DNA from: a gamma proteobacterium symbiont of Taylorina sp.
GTDB taxonomy: Bacteria; Pseudomonadota; Gammaproteobacteria; GRL18
DNA length: 64,000 nt
Reading direction: 5' to 3'
NCBI GenBank assembly: GCA_025655455.1
Contig: JAHXIV010000006.1
Location: 20,045-84,044 of the forward strand
The notes beneath the pieces were generated by a model that saw only the letters and a list, made by a program, of their open reading frames with translations, was not told the origin of the DNA and searched no databases. Both the position numbers and the translations under genes were made by a program. This document shows, piece by piece, positions 31,487 through 41,275 of the stretch (positions are counted from its first letter, which is position 1; the number at the start of each line of letters is the position of its first letter).

Positions 31487-33640
31487 TTAACTATTCGCAA
31501 GTTTAAAGCGTGATAACATGTCTTGTAGTTGCGCTGCTTGCATGGATAATTGCTCAGATGCAGCAGCACCATCTTGAGCTGTTTCATTGTTTTTTCGAGT
31601 AACTCTATCGATTACTACGACCTCTTGATTGATTATTTCTGCACCATTTGCCTGTTCATCACTTGCAACGGCAATTTCATTGACCAGCTCGGCTGCTTTG
31701 CTGATAGTTTCAAAAATATTTTTAAGACTTTCAGCTGTATTAGTGGCAATGAGACTACCATTTTTTGTTTTATTAACAGAGCCAGAGATTAATTTTGATG
31801 TCTCTTCAGCGGCAGCTGTACTTCTTGCGGCAAGGTTACGAACTTCATCGGCAACAACAGCAAAACCACGGCCTTGTTCACCTGCCCGAGCGGCTTCAAT
31901 TGCTGCATTTAAAGCGAGTAAATTGGTCTGTTCAGCAATTTCATCTATACTGCTAATAAATTCAGATATACTCTGCCCAGACTGGGAGATATCTTCCATC
32001 GCCTGTATCATTTCTTCCATCTTAGCTCTGCCCTGAGTGGCTTCTTGTTGCGCTTGTGATACTAATTTACGTGCTTGATCGGCACTTTCAGCATTGCTGT
32101 TGGCTTTAGACGTTAAGTCATTTAATGAAGAAGCAATATTTTCCAGACTTTCTGCTTGTTGAGAGGCTCCATCAGAAAGTATAGAACTGCTGTCAGCGAC
32201 GCTGCTGCTGCCCTGAGAAATTTCGTTACTGGATAATTGTGTTTGTGATAAAACTTCATTCAGGTTTGTTATCATCTTTTGTAAAGCATGTCCTAAAGAA
32301 TCTTTATCAGAAGCCAGGTTGACGTTATGATGAAGCTCACCTGATGCAATTTTTTGAGCCAGATCAGCTTTTTCATGCAATGTTGCCATCATTTTTTCCA
32401 TTTCATAAAAAATACCTTTATCATTGCCATTTTTTGTTAAACTCATTGATAAATCACCAGCTGCAACTGCTTTTGCAATTTTAGCAATATAGGCAGGCTC
32501 ACCACCTAAAAGATTCATAATGTGTTTGGTTAACCATAAGGCAATTCCTAAACCAATAATAATAGCAAACAAAGTACCAAAAATAGTTATATTGACTACC
32601 AGAGATTCTGTATTTTTTAAAGAATCCATACGTTGATGCATTAAACTGCTTTCTCTTTCTTTAAATGTTTTGATTTGATTTCTAAACTTATCAAAATAGA
32701 CTTTTCCTTTTGCCTGACCCACCAGGTCTGCCATATCATCCATTGTTTTAGAATCACCAATTTCACGGCGCAGGGAAATTTGCTGTTCCACAACTAAACT
32801 GATCCAGTCACTAATCGTTTTGCTACTTTCATTCAATAATGTGACCTGAGCAGGATTATCAGATACTTTTTCAGATAACTCTTTGACTAACTGATAAAAA
32901 TGTTTCTTACCATTATTATAAGGCTCAAGAAATTGATCTTGTCCTGCGAGTAAAAAACCACGCATACCTGTTTCCATATCAACAGCTGAGGCAACTATCG
33001 CTTGCGCAGTTGCAATGACTATATAGGTATGTTCAACCCAGGCATTTAATTGTTTAAGTTCTGTTATATCTTCACTTGTTTTTGCAGTTTCCTGACGTTT
33101 ACTCATCAGTGCCTGTTCGCGATCGATGAAAAGTTTTAACTGACCTCGAAATTTATCAAAATATTGTTTACCTTTTGCCTGCTTTATAACGCCTGCCATA
33201 TCATTCATTGATTTAGCATCACCAATTGCTGCTCTTAATTTAATAACAGGTTCCGTTACATTATTTTTCCATTGGTTTATAGTAGAAGAAAGTTCTGATA
33301 ATAATTTAACTTGTGCTGGATTGTCTGAGACTGTATTTGACAGTTCGTTCAGCAGTGAATTAAAAGTTTTCTGACCCTGATTGTAAGGATTTAGAAAATC
33401 ACTTTTACCAGCAAGAAGATAACCTCTCATGCCTGTTTCCATATCAACAGCAGCAGCCTCAATACGTGAGGCTTTTCCTAATACTTCATGTGTATGGTTG
33501 ACCCAATCAAAATTGCTTACCAAGGATTTAACACTGAGTGTTACGATCACGGTAATGATTACCATTAATGATAATATAAAAGCATATCCAGTGAGTAATT
33601 TGGTCTTAAATTTTAGCTTGTTTAACATGGGGATCTCCAT
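31487..33640 (-). CDS. Methyl-accepting chemotaxis protein with two CHASE3 domains
   Basis: Two DMETGMRG(Y/F)LLAG...DNPAQV repeats; [30 protein letters not shown]. Confidence 0.92.
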   Translation of the reverse strand: MEIPMLNKLKFKTKLLTGYAFILSLMVIITVIVTLSVKSLVSNFDWVNHTHEVLGKASRIEAAAVDMETGMRGYLLAGKSDFLNPYNQGQKTFNSLLNELSNTVSDNPAQVKLLSELSSTINQWKNNVTEPVIKLRAAIGDAKSMNDMAGVIKQAKGKQYFDKFRGQLKLFIDREQALMSKRQETAKTSEDITELKQLNAWVEHTYIVIATAQAIVASAVDMETGMRGFLLAGQDQFLEPYNNGKKHFYQLVKELSEKVSDNPAQVTLLNESSKTISDWISLVVEQQISLRREIGDSKTMDDMADLVGQAKGKVYFDKFRNQIKTFKERESSLMHQRMDSLKNTESLVVNITIFGTLFAIIIGLGIALWLTKHIMNLLGGEPAYIAKIAKAVAAGDLSMSLTKNGNDKGIFYEMEKMMATLHEKADLAQKIASGELHHNVNLASDKDSLGHALQKMITNLNEVLSQTQLSSNEISQGSSSVADSSSILSDGASQQAESLENIASSLNDLTSKANSNAESADQARKLVSQAQQEATQGRAKMEEMIQAMEDISQSGQSISEFISSIDEIAEQTNLLALNAAIEAARAGEQGRGFAVVADEVRNLAARSTAAAEETSKLISGSVNKTKNGSLIATNTAESLKNIFETISKAAELVNEIAVASDEQANGAEIINQEVVVIDRVTRKNNETAQDGAAASEQLSMQAAQLQDMLSRFKLANS

Positions 33641-33939
33641 TTTAATCTAAGTTATTATAAATAATTAGTTTCTATCCATCTATTGATAATAGCTTAGGAT
33701 ATTTTTTTGATTTTTCAAGTTTATTTCAACATACTAATGTGTTGATAACAATAATATATACAAATCGGCAATTGATTATATATATTTAGAACTATTTATA
33801 AATAAAATGATATATAGAACCAAAGAAGTCGGAGCAAAACATCCTACCTTATTGATTATTATTATGATTCACTGTTTTTTTAACCAAAGTCATCCCTAAT
33901 AGGCAGTCTTAAATTATTCCTAAAGAAATCTGTTGTAAA

Positions 33940-34806
33940 CTATTTTTCAAAACGCAATGAAAAATCAGTTGCCTTGAGGTTTTTGGTTATTGCGCCGCTT
34001 GAAATATAATCAATACCTATATTGGCTAAATCATTGAGCCTTGCCAAAGTAATATTTCCGGAAACTTCCAGCTTAGTCTGATGTTGATTAAATTGTTGAT
34101 TGAGTTTAACGGCTTTGGCTAATACCTCATCACTCATATTATCTAATAGCAATATATCTGCCTTTGCTTCCAGTGCCTCCTGCAATTCTTCTAATGTTTC
34201 AATTTCAACTTCTATTTTAAGAGTGTGGGTACTATTTTGCCGGGCATTTTGTACCGCATTACTGATAGAGCCGGCTGCCATAATATGATTTTCTTTAATT
34301 AAAATACCATCAAACAGACCATGGCGATGATTGTATCCACCACCACAACGCACGGCATATTTTTGTGCCTCTCTCAGTCCTGGAATAGTCTTTCGGGTGT
34401 CGAGTAATTTTACCGGGTGATTGATATTTGCATTTTGATTGAGTCGTGCGACATATTGATGGGTCGTAGATGCTGTGCCGGACAGTGTTTGCAAAAAATT
34501 CATAGCCGTGCGTTCACCGGTTAAAATTGATCGGCTGTTACCTGTTAAAGTACAAACACGTTGTTCAGAGGATAAATTATCGCCATCCTGATGCTGCCAC
34601 TGAATTTGAGTGCTATGATCCAATTGCCTGAAAACTTCATTAAACCAGTCCCGGCCACAAAGGATTGCATTTTCACGGCAAATAAGGTGAGCAGTTGATT
34701 GCGTATTTTCAGGGATAAGATTGGCCGTCACATCACCGCAACCAATATCTTCCAGCAGAGCCTGAGAAACCTGAGATTGTATAACTGAATGAGGTATAGA
34801 GAACAT
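33940..34806 (-). CDS. nadC: Quinolinate phosphoribosyltransferase
   Basis: LLDTRKTIPG, LIKENHI, IEVEIE. Confidence 0.95.
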   Translation of the reverse strand: MFSIPHSVIQSQVSQALLEDIGCGDVTANLIPENTQSTAHLICRENAILCGRDWFNEVFRQLDHSTQIQWQHQDGDNLSSEQRVCTLTGNSRSILTGERTAMNFLQTLSGTASTTHQYVARLNQNANINHPVKLLDTRKTIPGLREAQKYAVRCGGGYNHRHGLFDGILIKENHIMAAGSISNAVQNARQNSTHTLKIEVEIETLEELQEALEAKADILLLDNMSDEVLAKAVKLNQQFNQHQTKLEVSGNITLARLNDLANIGIDYISSGAITKNLKATDFSLRFEK

Positions 34807-34914
34807 ATTGCTCTTAATTAGTAATTTTAATTTCCCACTCTACCTTATCCTGTGTAATAATTCAAAATAGCTTGAAAAACCGTTAGCTAAAACGGAAATT
34901 ATTAAGGATAAAGC

Positions 34915-36270
34915 ATGGAATTAGTCAGCAATTTTATTAGTCAGTTAAATGCTCTGGTATGGGGAAAACCCATGCTGGTGATGATTTTTGGTACCGGTAT
35001 TTTCTTAATGATAGGACTTAAGTTTATGCCGCTGTTGAATATTGTTAAAGCATTTAAGTTATTGTGGCAGGGAAGACAATCAGATGAGAAACAGGCAGGT
35101 GAAATCTCATCCTTTAATGCCTTGATGACCTCATTGTCAGCGACCATTGGAACTGGAAATATTACCGGTGTTGCCACGGCCATTTTTATAGGCGGCCCCG
35201 GAGCATTATTCTGGATGTGGATAACGGCTTTGATCGGCATGGCAACCAAGTATGCTGAAGCGGTTTGTGCCGTTCATTACCGTGAAGTGGATGAACAGGG
35301 CAGTTATGTCGGCGGCCCTATGTATTATATAAAAAATGGTCTGGGGAAAAAATGGTTGTGGCTGGGCTTCTTATTTGCCGCTTTTGGTGCTTTAGCTTCA
35401 TTTGGTATCGGCAATACAGTACAGGCCAATTCAGTTGCACATGCATTGGAAACTCAATTTAATATACCGCTTTGGCTAACCGGTATTGTATTATTGATAT
35501 TAACTGCTGCAGTGGTTTTAGGCGGCATTCAACGTATTGCTCAGGTAGCAGGAAAGCTGGTGCCTTTCATGGCTCTGGCCTATCTTATGGCAGGTCTGGT
35601 GGTTTTAATTACGCACTTTTCTGCTATACCGGACGCTCTGATACTAATTGTTAAAAGTGCCTTTACGCCGGTTGCTGCAACGGGTGGCTTTGCCGGTGCA
35701 AGTATTATGATGGCAATTCAATGGGGTGTGGCGCGAGGTATTTTTTCTAATGAAGCAGGTCTGGGCAGCGCACCTATTGCACATGCTGCAGCCAAAACCA
35801 ATGACCCGGTTCGTCAGGGAACAATTGCCATGCTGGGTACCTTTATTGACACGATTGTGCTTTGCAGCGTAACGGGACTGGCCATTATCTTAACCGGTGT
35901 ATGGACCTCCGGTGCTAAAGGAGCAGCACTGACAATTGCAGCCTTTGATCAGGCAATGCCTGAGGCGGGTGGTGTCGTGGTGAGTATTGCTCAGGCAGTG
36001 TTTGCTTTTACGACTATTCTTGGCTGGAGTGTTTATGGTGAACGCTGTGTAGAATATTTATTTGGTATTCGTTCTATTAAAATTTTTAGAATCTTATGGA
36101 TTCTGGCTGTTCCGATTGGAGCAATGGGAGATCTGAGTTTTATATGGCTGCTGGCTGATACTTTAAATGCCCTGATGGCATTGCCTAATTTAATTGCCTT
36201 ATTACTGCTTAGCCCGGTTATTTTTAAACTGACCAGAACGGCAATGAATAAGAGTTCTTATCAAACATAA
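34915..36270 (+). CDS. Alanine/glycine:cation symporter (AGCS family)
   Basis: GGPGALFWMW, GGPMYYI, FSNEAGLGS. Confidence 0.93.
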   Translation: MELVSNFISQLNALVWGKPMLVMIFGTGIFLMIGLKFMPLLNIVKAFKLLWQGRQSDEKQAGEISSFNALMTSLSATIGTGNITGVATAIFIGGPGALFWMWITALIGMATKYAEAVCAVHYREVDEQGSYVGGPMYYIKNGLGKKWLWLGFLFAAFGALASFGIGNTVQANSVAHALETQFNIPLWLTGIVLLILTAAVVLGGIQRIAQVAGKLVPFMALAYLMAGLVVLITHFSAIPDALILIVKSAFTPVAATGGFAGASIMMAIQWGVARGIFSNEAGLGSAPIAHAAAKTNDPVRQGTIAMLGTFIDTIVLCSVTGLAIILTGVWTSGAKGAALTIAAFDQAMPEAGGVVVSIAQAVFAFTTILGWSVYGERCVEYLFGIRSIKIFRILWILAVPIGAMGDLSFIWLLADTLNALMALPNLIALLLLSPVIFKLTRTAMNKSSYQT

Positions 36271-36276
36271 ACGTGT

Positions 36277-36306
36277 CGCCGTCTTATGTTTGCAAAATGA
36301 CAGCGG
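36277..36306 (-). repeat. Palindromic repeat, short copy B
   Basis: Reverse strand reads ccgctgtcattttgcaaacataagacggcg. Confidence 0.75.
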
Positions 36307-36328
36307 GTACGTTTATTGGCTGAAGGCT

Positions 36329-36850
36329 CTACAAATATTGTCGAATCGTGAGTTCATTGCCCCGTTGAGTGAACTCTAATTGTTTGAGTACGGACATACC
36401 CAATAATATTTCTTCCAGATTGGGTGTGATAATGGCTTTAATATTATAGAGGTGAATTTGACCGATACTGAGTTTGTCTATGCGTGTTTGATAACCTTTA
36501 GTGCGGCCATTGGCTGTGGAAATTGGAATGACATGACCTTTTTTCAGCTTTAGCCGTCTTGTCAATTGTTCTGGTATAGCAACAAAAGTGGCACCGGTGT
36601 CCAGTAGAAAAATAACTTTTTGGTCATTAATTTTGCCCGTGGTGACATAATGTCCGGCACGATTACGCTTTAAAGTGACTTCAATTTGATTATTGCCGGT
36701 TTGAGTGGATTGAACCTGTTGATTGGGATTGTATTGCTTGTCAATTTCACCTTGAAACAGATAGGTCAACAGACCAATTGTCATCATTATAGCAACGATG
36801 ATCATGCCTTTTCCTATGCTATTGGTATTGTTATTAGTTTTAGGGTTCAT
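36329..36850 (-). CDS. Clan AA (retropepsin-like) aspartic protease, TIGR02281 type
   Basis: GHYVTTG, FLLDTGAT, LLGMSVL; N-terminal TM segment. Confidence 0.9.
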   Translation of the reverse strand: MNPKTNNNTNSIGKGMIIVAIMMTIGLLTYLFQGEIDKQYNPNQQVQSTQTGNNQIEVTLKRNRAGHYVTTGKINDQKVIFLLDTGATFVAIPEQLTRRLKLKKGHVIPISTANGRTKGYQTRIDKLSIGQIHLYNIKAIITPNLEEILLGMSVLKQLEFTQRGNELTIRQYL

Positions 36851-36974
36851 TAAGTAATGACTTTTGCTATATCAATGTTGCTCACAGATTAATGATTGGA
36901 TAAGTTTTTATGTTTTTTAGAAACAACCTTATCTTCAGGCAAATTTTTCTGTTGTTAGTAAGTGATTTAATGGC

Positions 36975-37868
36975 TTAATAAACTTCAAGATTCCACTGAC
37001 CATTTTTGATAAATTCTGCTTTCATTGTAGGCCAATCCAACTCTTGCTGCCTGGCCAGGGTAGAAAATACCTCATCTACGCCTTCCTCCATGCCCTTTAA
37101 GCCGCAAATATAAACGGCAAAATTTCCTGCGCAGATTATCTCCCAAACCTCTTGTTTATGTTCGGCAAGTTTATGTTGTACATAACCCTTTTCTGAGTCT
37201 TCGTTATGTACCCTGGACAAGGCACGAAAGGCTTCAAAAGTTTCCCGGGTCATATATTGACCAATGTCGTCGTTTCGGTTGTTAAGAAATAATGCTTCCA
37301 TGGCATTTTTAATACCATAGAAAAGACGGATACGACCGTTCCAATAGCCTTTTTCCAGAAAGATATGTCGTATAAAGGCACGAAATGGCGCAATGCCTGT
37401 ACCTACTGCGATCAAAATAAGATCTATGGAATCATCCTCGGGTAACAAAAATCGACGCCCATTGGGACCAATTAGTGCGACAGAATCGCCAGGTTTTAGA
37501 TCACATAGATAATTGGATGCAATGCCTGGAATAGTAGTGCCTGTAACTTCATCTTTTCTGAAAACCCGTTTTACACAGATGGTAGCAGTGGTCGAAGTGC
37601 CGTCATCTCCGGTTCGTGCAGATGCAATAGAATAGAGACGTGCTTTGTGTGGTTTTCCCGTCTCTCTTTCTCCAGGTGGGATAATCCCTATCGACTGTCC
37701 CTCTATGTAGTGGATGTCACTATCGGCTACATCCAAAATGATATTGAACACCTCATCGCTGCTATCGGCTTCAGTGAGTTCAGTGGTGGATATTACCCCG
37801 GCCATAAAAGGAGCCTTGGGTTTATAGATCAAAGTTGATTCCGGAATACTATATTTTTTAATTTGCAT
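36975..37868 (-). CDS. Plant/plastid-type ferredoxin-NADP+ reductase (likely start 37868)
   Basis: EGQSIGIIPPG, RLYSIAS, SNYLCDLKPG, GTGIAPF, YICGLKGM, terminal EVY. Confidence 0.85.
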   Translation of the reverse strand: MQIKKYSIPESTLIYKPKAPFMAGVISTTELTEADSSDEVFNIILDVADSDIHYIEGQSIGIIPPGERETGKPHKARLYSIASARTGDDGTSTTATICVKRVFRKDEVTGTTIPGIASNYLCDLKPGDSVALIGPNGRRFLLPEDDSIDLILIAVGTGIAPFRAFIRHIFLEKGYWNGRIRLFYGIKNAMEALFLNNRNDDIGQYMTRETFEAFRALSRVHNEDSEKGYVQHKLAEHKQEVWEIICAGNFAVYICGLKGMEEGVDEVFSTLARQQELDWPTMKAEFIKNGQWNLEVY

Positions 37869-37938
37869 AGTTTTACTCGTATTGGCATTCTGCCCTTTTG
37901 ATCCCGCCATAAAGAATATGAAATTCAACAATATTTTT

Positions 37939-38019
37939 CAATGTTATAAATCAATAATCAAGTATAAATTTTAATATTTCCAATGTTATAAATCAATAAT
38001 CAAGTATAAATTTTAATAT
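37939..38019. repeat. Exact 39-bp direct repeat, period 42 bp
   Basis: caatgttataaatcaataatcaagtataaattttaatat at 37939 and 37981. Confidence 0.95.
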
Positions 38020-38289
38020 ATTTTCAATTTTTCCAGGGTGTTGAATTTTACCTGTTCGTTACGATTGCTCATAATATTCTCACTCAACACTCCCTGCTAC
38101 AAAAAAACTCAGTTAAATTATCACGAGAATGACTAAGTTGCTGTAGGTTACCAAAATTAGGCGCTCTTAGGCGACATCTAGTAATGGCTGTAAGTACTGC
38201 ATTACGTTATACTGAGTATAGCAATATATATTCTGAACTTAGGAATTCGAATTATGTACTATTTCATCACACTCTATTGGGGATAAATC

Positions 38290-38529
38290 ATGAGTAAGGA
38301 TCTGGTTTTTGAGGAAAAACTTGATGTAAGGGAGCTGGATTGTCCTATGCCTATTATGAAAACCAAAGCCATGCTTGCACGAATGGCTTCTGGAGATCAA
38401 CTGGACATAGTCGCAAATAACAGGGAGTTTATCAAAGAAATCCAAACCTTCTCAGCACAGATGGGACATACCATCCTGTCAGAAGATACGGAAGGAGAAA
38501 TACTTTCTTTTGTCATTGAGAAAAAGTAA
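38290..38529 (+). CDS. TusA-family sulfurtransferase
   Basis: LDVRELDCPMP motif; 79 aa. Confidence 0.85.
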   Translation: MSKDLVFEEKLDVRELDCPMPIMKTKAMLARMASGDQLDIVANNREFIKEIQTFSAQMGHTILSEDTEGEILSFVIEKK

Positions 38530-38773
38530 CTGGAAGTTAATTTTTAGATGCTAGGCGCTATAATAGCAGTCATAGCAGGGGTTGGAATCTTTCGCCTTGG
38601 AACCTGAGAGTTTAGCAGATCTAAAACAAAAATCAGTTGACTTAACTGGGGCGTCCATATAGGTATTAGATTTGTCTGGGTTTTTATCATTATGGTGCGA
38701 AAGACATTGATTTGCCTTATACTACGAATATCCGAAGATTATAATTCAAACCGCTAAAATCAGAAATTGCTTT

Positions 38774-39316
38774 ATGTATAAAATTCTTAATGGCTGGTTT
38801 AAACAGTCTCGCAAGCTTGCTTCCCCAAATTATGACTTACGTCCCGAAAATACTCTGATTGATGCCATTATTATTCATTCAATATCAATGCCTCTGGCCT
38901 GTTACGAAGGGGATGATATTAGTCAGCTTTTTACCAATCAACTGGACTGTGATAAAGCTCCTTCCTATGCTGAGGTGCGTGGCTTAAAAGTCTCTGCTCA
39001 TTTATTAATTCGCCGCACAGGTGAACTGATACAATATGTTGATTTGAATTTACGTGCCTGGCATGCAGGAAAATCCTGTTTGGGTCATAGGGAAAAATGT
39101 AATGATTTTTCCATTGGTATTGAACTGGAAGGAACTGATCAGAGTGTGTTTGAAACCGCTCAATATGATACTCTGATTGAAGTGGTTAAAGCCTTATTAA
39201 TTTATTTTCCTCATATTAGTAAAGAGCATATTGTTGGGCATAGTGATGTGGCTCCGGGACGCAAGACTGATCCCGGAACAGGTTTTGACTGGGATGAGCT
39301 TTTTTCACGATTATAA
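38774..39316 (+). CDS. ampD: 1,6-anhydro-N-acetylmuramyl-L-alanine amidase
   Basis: IIHSIS, VSAHLLI, RAWHAG, NDFSIGIELEG, GHSDVAPGRKTDPG. Confidence 0.95.
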   Translation: MYKILNGWFKQSRKLASPNYDLRPENTLIDAIIIHSISMPLACYEGDDISQLFTNQLDCDKAPSYAEVRGLKVSAHLLIRRTGELIQYVDLNLRAWHAGKSCLGHREKCNDFSIGIELEGTDQSVFETAQYDTLIEVVKALLIYFPHISKEHIVGHSDVAPGRKTDPGTGFDWDELFSRL

Positions 39317-39349
39317 AATGTTTATCTAAAATTAAGAACAAGGAATAAT

Positions 39350-40222
39350 ATGACTGTTTATACAGGACATTTGCGAAAAATGCAGGTTCATTATGAAAAT
39401 TCATCTCAGCCTGTAGAGTATTTTTTGAACCTGAGCGATGCTGATGGACATATCAGTGAGGATAATAAAAATATTTCCTTAAATGCTCTGCTGGGGAAAA
39501 GTCTGTCCATTCATTTTAAGCAGGAAATTCATTGTATTGCCTGTGGCCGAAAAACGAATAAAAGTTTTAATCAGGGGCATTGTTATCCCTGTCTTATGCG
39601 TCTGGCTGCTTGTGATAAATGTATTATGAGTCCTGAAAAATGTCACTTTGAAGAAGGAACCTGCCGTGAACCTCAATGGGGTCAGGATAATTGCATGAGT
39701 ACGCATTATGTTTATCTGGCCAATTCATCCGGTTTAAAAGTTGGGATTACACGAGCCAACCAGCTGCCGACCCGCTGGATTGATCAGGGTGCTATCCAGG
39801 CATTAGCAATTTATAAGGTGAGCCAGCGCTATTATTCGGGTTTGGTAGAAGTGCTTTATAAAGAGCAGGTTTCCGATCGAACACAATGGCAAAGGATGTT
39901 AAAAGGACAGGTTGAAACAATAGATTTACTTACATATCAGAAGCAATTAGACGAACAGTTTTGTGAGCCAATAAGAGAGATGAGTCATAGGCTTCCAGAA
40001 GGTGCAATTGAAACTATTGATAATGATTCAATGACAGAAATACTTTACCCGGTCATGGAATACCCGACAAAAATTAAATCATTTAACCTGGACAAGCAGG
40101 CAATTCTGGAAGGTACGCTGATGGGTATTAAAGGACAGTATTTACTATTTGACAGCGGTGTGATTAATATTCGTAAATTTTCAGGATATCATATTGATTT
40201 TATAGTAACTGAAGTTTCCTAG
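39350..40222 (+). CDS. DUF2797-family Cys-rich protein
   Basis: CIACGRKTNKSF.QG.CYPC, KVGITR...TRWIDQGA, GIKGQYL. Confidence 0.8.
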   Translation: MTVYTGHLRKMQVHYENSSQPVEYFLNLSDADGHISEDNKNISLNALLGKSLSIHFKQEIHCIACGRKTNKSFNQGHCYPCLMRLAACDKCIMSPEKCHFEEGTCREPQWGQDNCMSTHYVYLANSSGLKVGITRANQLPTRWIDQGAIQALAIYKVSQRYYSGLVEVLYKEQVSDRTQWQRMLKGQVETIDLLTYQKQLDEQFCEPIREMSHRLPEGAIETIDNDSMTEILYPVMEYPTKIKSFNLDKQAILEGTLMGIKGQYLLFDSGVINIRKFSGYHIDFIVTEVS

Positions 40223-40266
40223 AAATTAAATCTCTAATTAATGGAAACTTTAGCTTGTTTTATACC

Positions 40267-40286
40267 TCCCCCTTTATTTAAAGGGG
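40267..40286. repeat. REP/terminator-like hairpin tccccttt-N4-aaagggga
   Basis: Perfect 8-bp arms downstream of the DUF2797 gene. Confidence 0.55.
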
Positions 40287-40441
40287 AAGCTAAGTGCTAT
40301 TTTGCAAGTACCTCCTCTGTTTATTAATATTGTTGCTCTATTCTAGTCATTATTGAATGCCTCCCTTAGTGATAATCTTGGTTGCTGATGGCTCTTATTT
40401 AGACTTATACTAAATAGCTATTACATATGAAGGAGTAATTG

Positions 40442-41260
40442 GTGGATTTATTAACTCAGGAAATTTTACCAGAAGATTATTTTATTGTTGATGAACCGTA
40501 TTATGAATCTGTGGCAGATGAGATTCAGATTTTTGAGGCGGCTTATAATAATCAATTACCTGTATTGCTGAAAGGACCGACGGGTTGTGGTAAAACTCGT
40601 TTTATGGAACATATGGCATGGCGTCTTAAGCGACCATTGATTACGGTATCCTGTCATGATGATTTAACGGCTTCTGATTTAGTTGGACGTTATCTGATTA
40701 CCAGTGGTGAAACTGTCTGGGTGGATGGACCGTTGGCAAAATCAGTACGTGCAGGTGCTATTTGTTATCTGGATGAAGTGGTTGAGGCACGTAAAGATAC
40801 GACAGTAGTTATTCATCCTTTGGCAGATGATCGGCGAGTTCTGCCTATGGAAAAAAAGGGTGTGGTTTTGCAGGCAACAGATAATTTTTGTCTAGCTATG
40901 TCATATAATCCCGGCTATCAAAGTATTATGAAAGACCTTAAGCAGAGTACCAGACAACGCTTTGTGGCGCTTGAATTTGATTATCCCGGTATTGTTCTGG
41001 AACAGAAAATTCTTGAAATAGAGGCTGAAATTAACGCTGAACTAGCTAAAACGCTGGTTAAATTTGCCCATATGACACGAAATTTAAAAGGCAATGGTCT
41101 TGATGAAGGGGCGAGCACCCGTTTACTGGTTCATGCTGCATTATTAATAAAGGCCGGTGTGAATCCCGTTGCCGCCTGTCAGAGTGCGATTGCACAGGCT
41201 CTTACTGATGACCCGGAAATGTTGTCTGCGATTAATGAACTCAGTGCTTCTTTATTTTAA
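40442..41260 (+). CDS. CbbQ/NirQ/NorQ-family AAA+ ATPase (GTG start)
   Basis: KGPTGCGKT, YLDEVVEARKD, SYNPGYQ...KQSTRQRF. Confidence 0.93.
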   Translation: MDLLTQEILPEDYFIVDEPYYESVADEIQIFEAAYNNQLPVLLKGPTGCGKTRFMEHMAWRLKRPLITVSCHDDLTASDLVGRYLITSGETVWVDGPLAKSVRAGAICYLDEVVEARKDTTVVIHPLADDRRVLPMEKKGVVLQATDNFCLAMSYNPGYQSIMKDLKQSTRQRFVALEFDYPGIVLEQKILEIEAEINAELAKTLVKFAHMTRNLKGNGLDEGASTRLLVHAALLIKAGVNPVAACQSAIAQALTDDPEMLSAINELSASLF

Positions 41261-41275
41261 ATTCCGATTCTAATA

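Noticed and set aside
34807-34914. Glycine riboswitch upstream of the AGCS symporter
   Set aside because: The spacer is only ~108 bp, AT-rich, and has no aptamer consensus
38548-38607. 19-aa hydrophobic ORF MLGAIIAVIAGVGIFRLGT, or an ncRNA between tusA and ampD
   Set aside because: No ribosome-binding site and no recognisable RNA family structure
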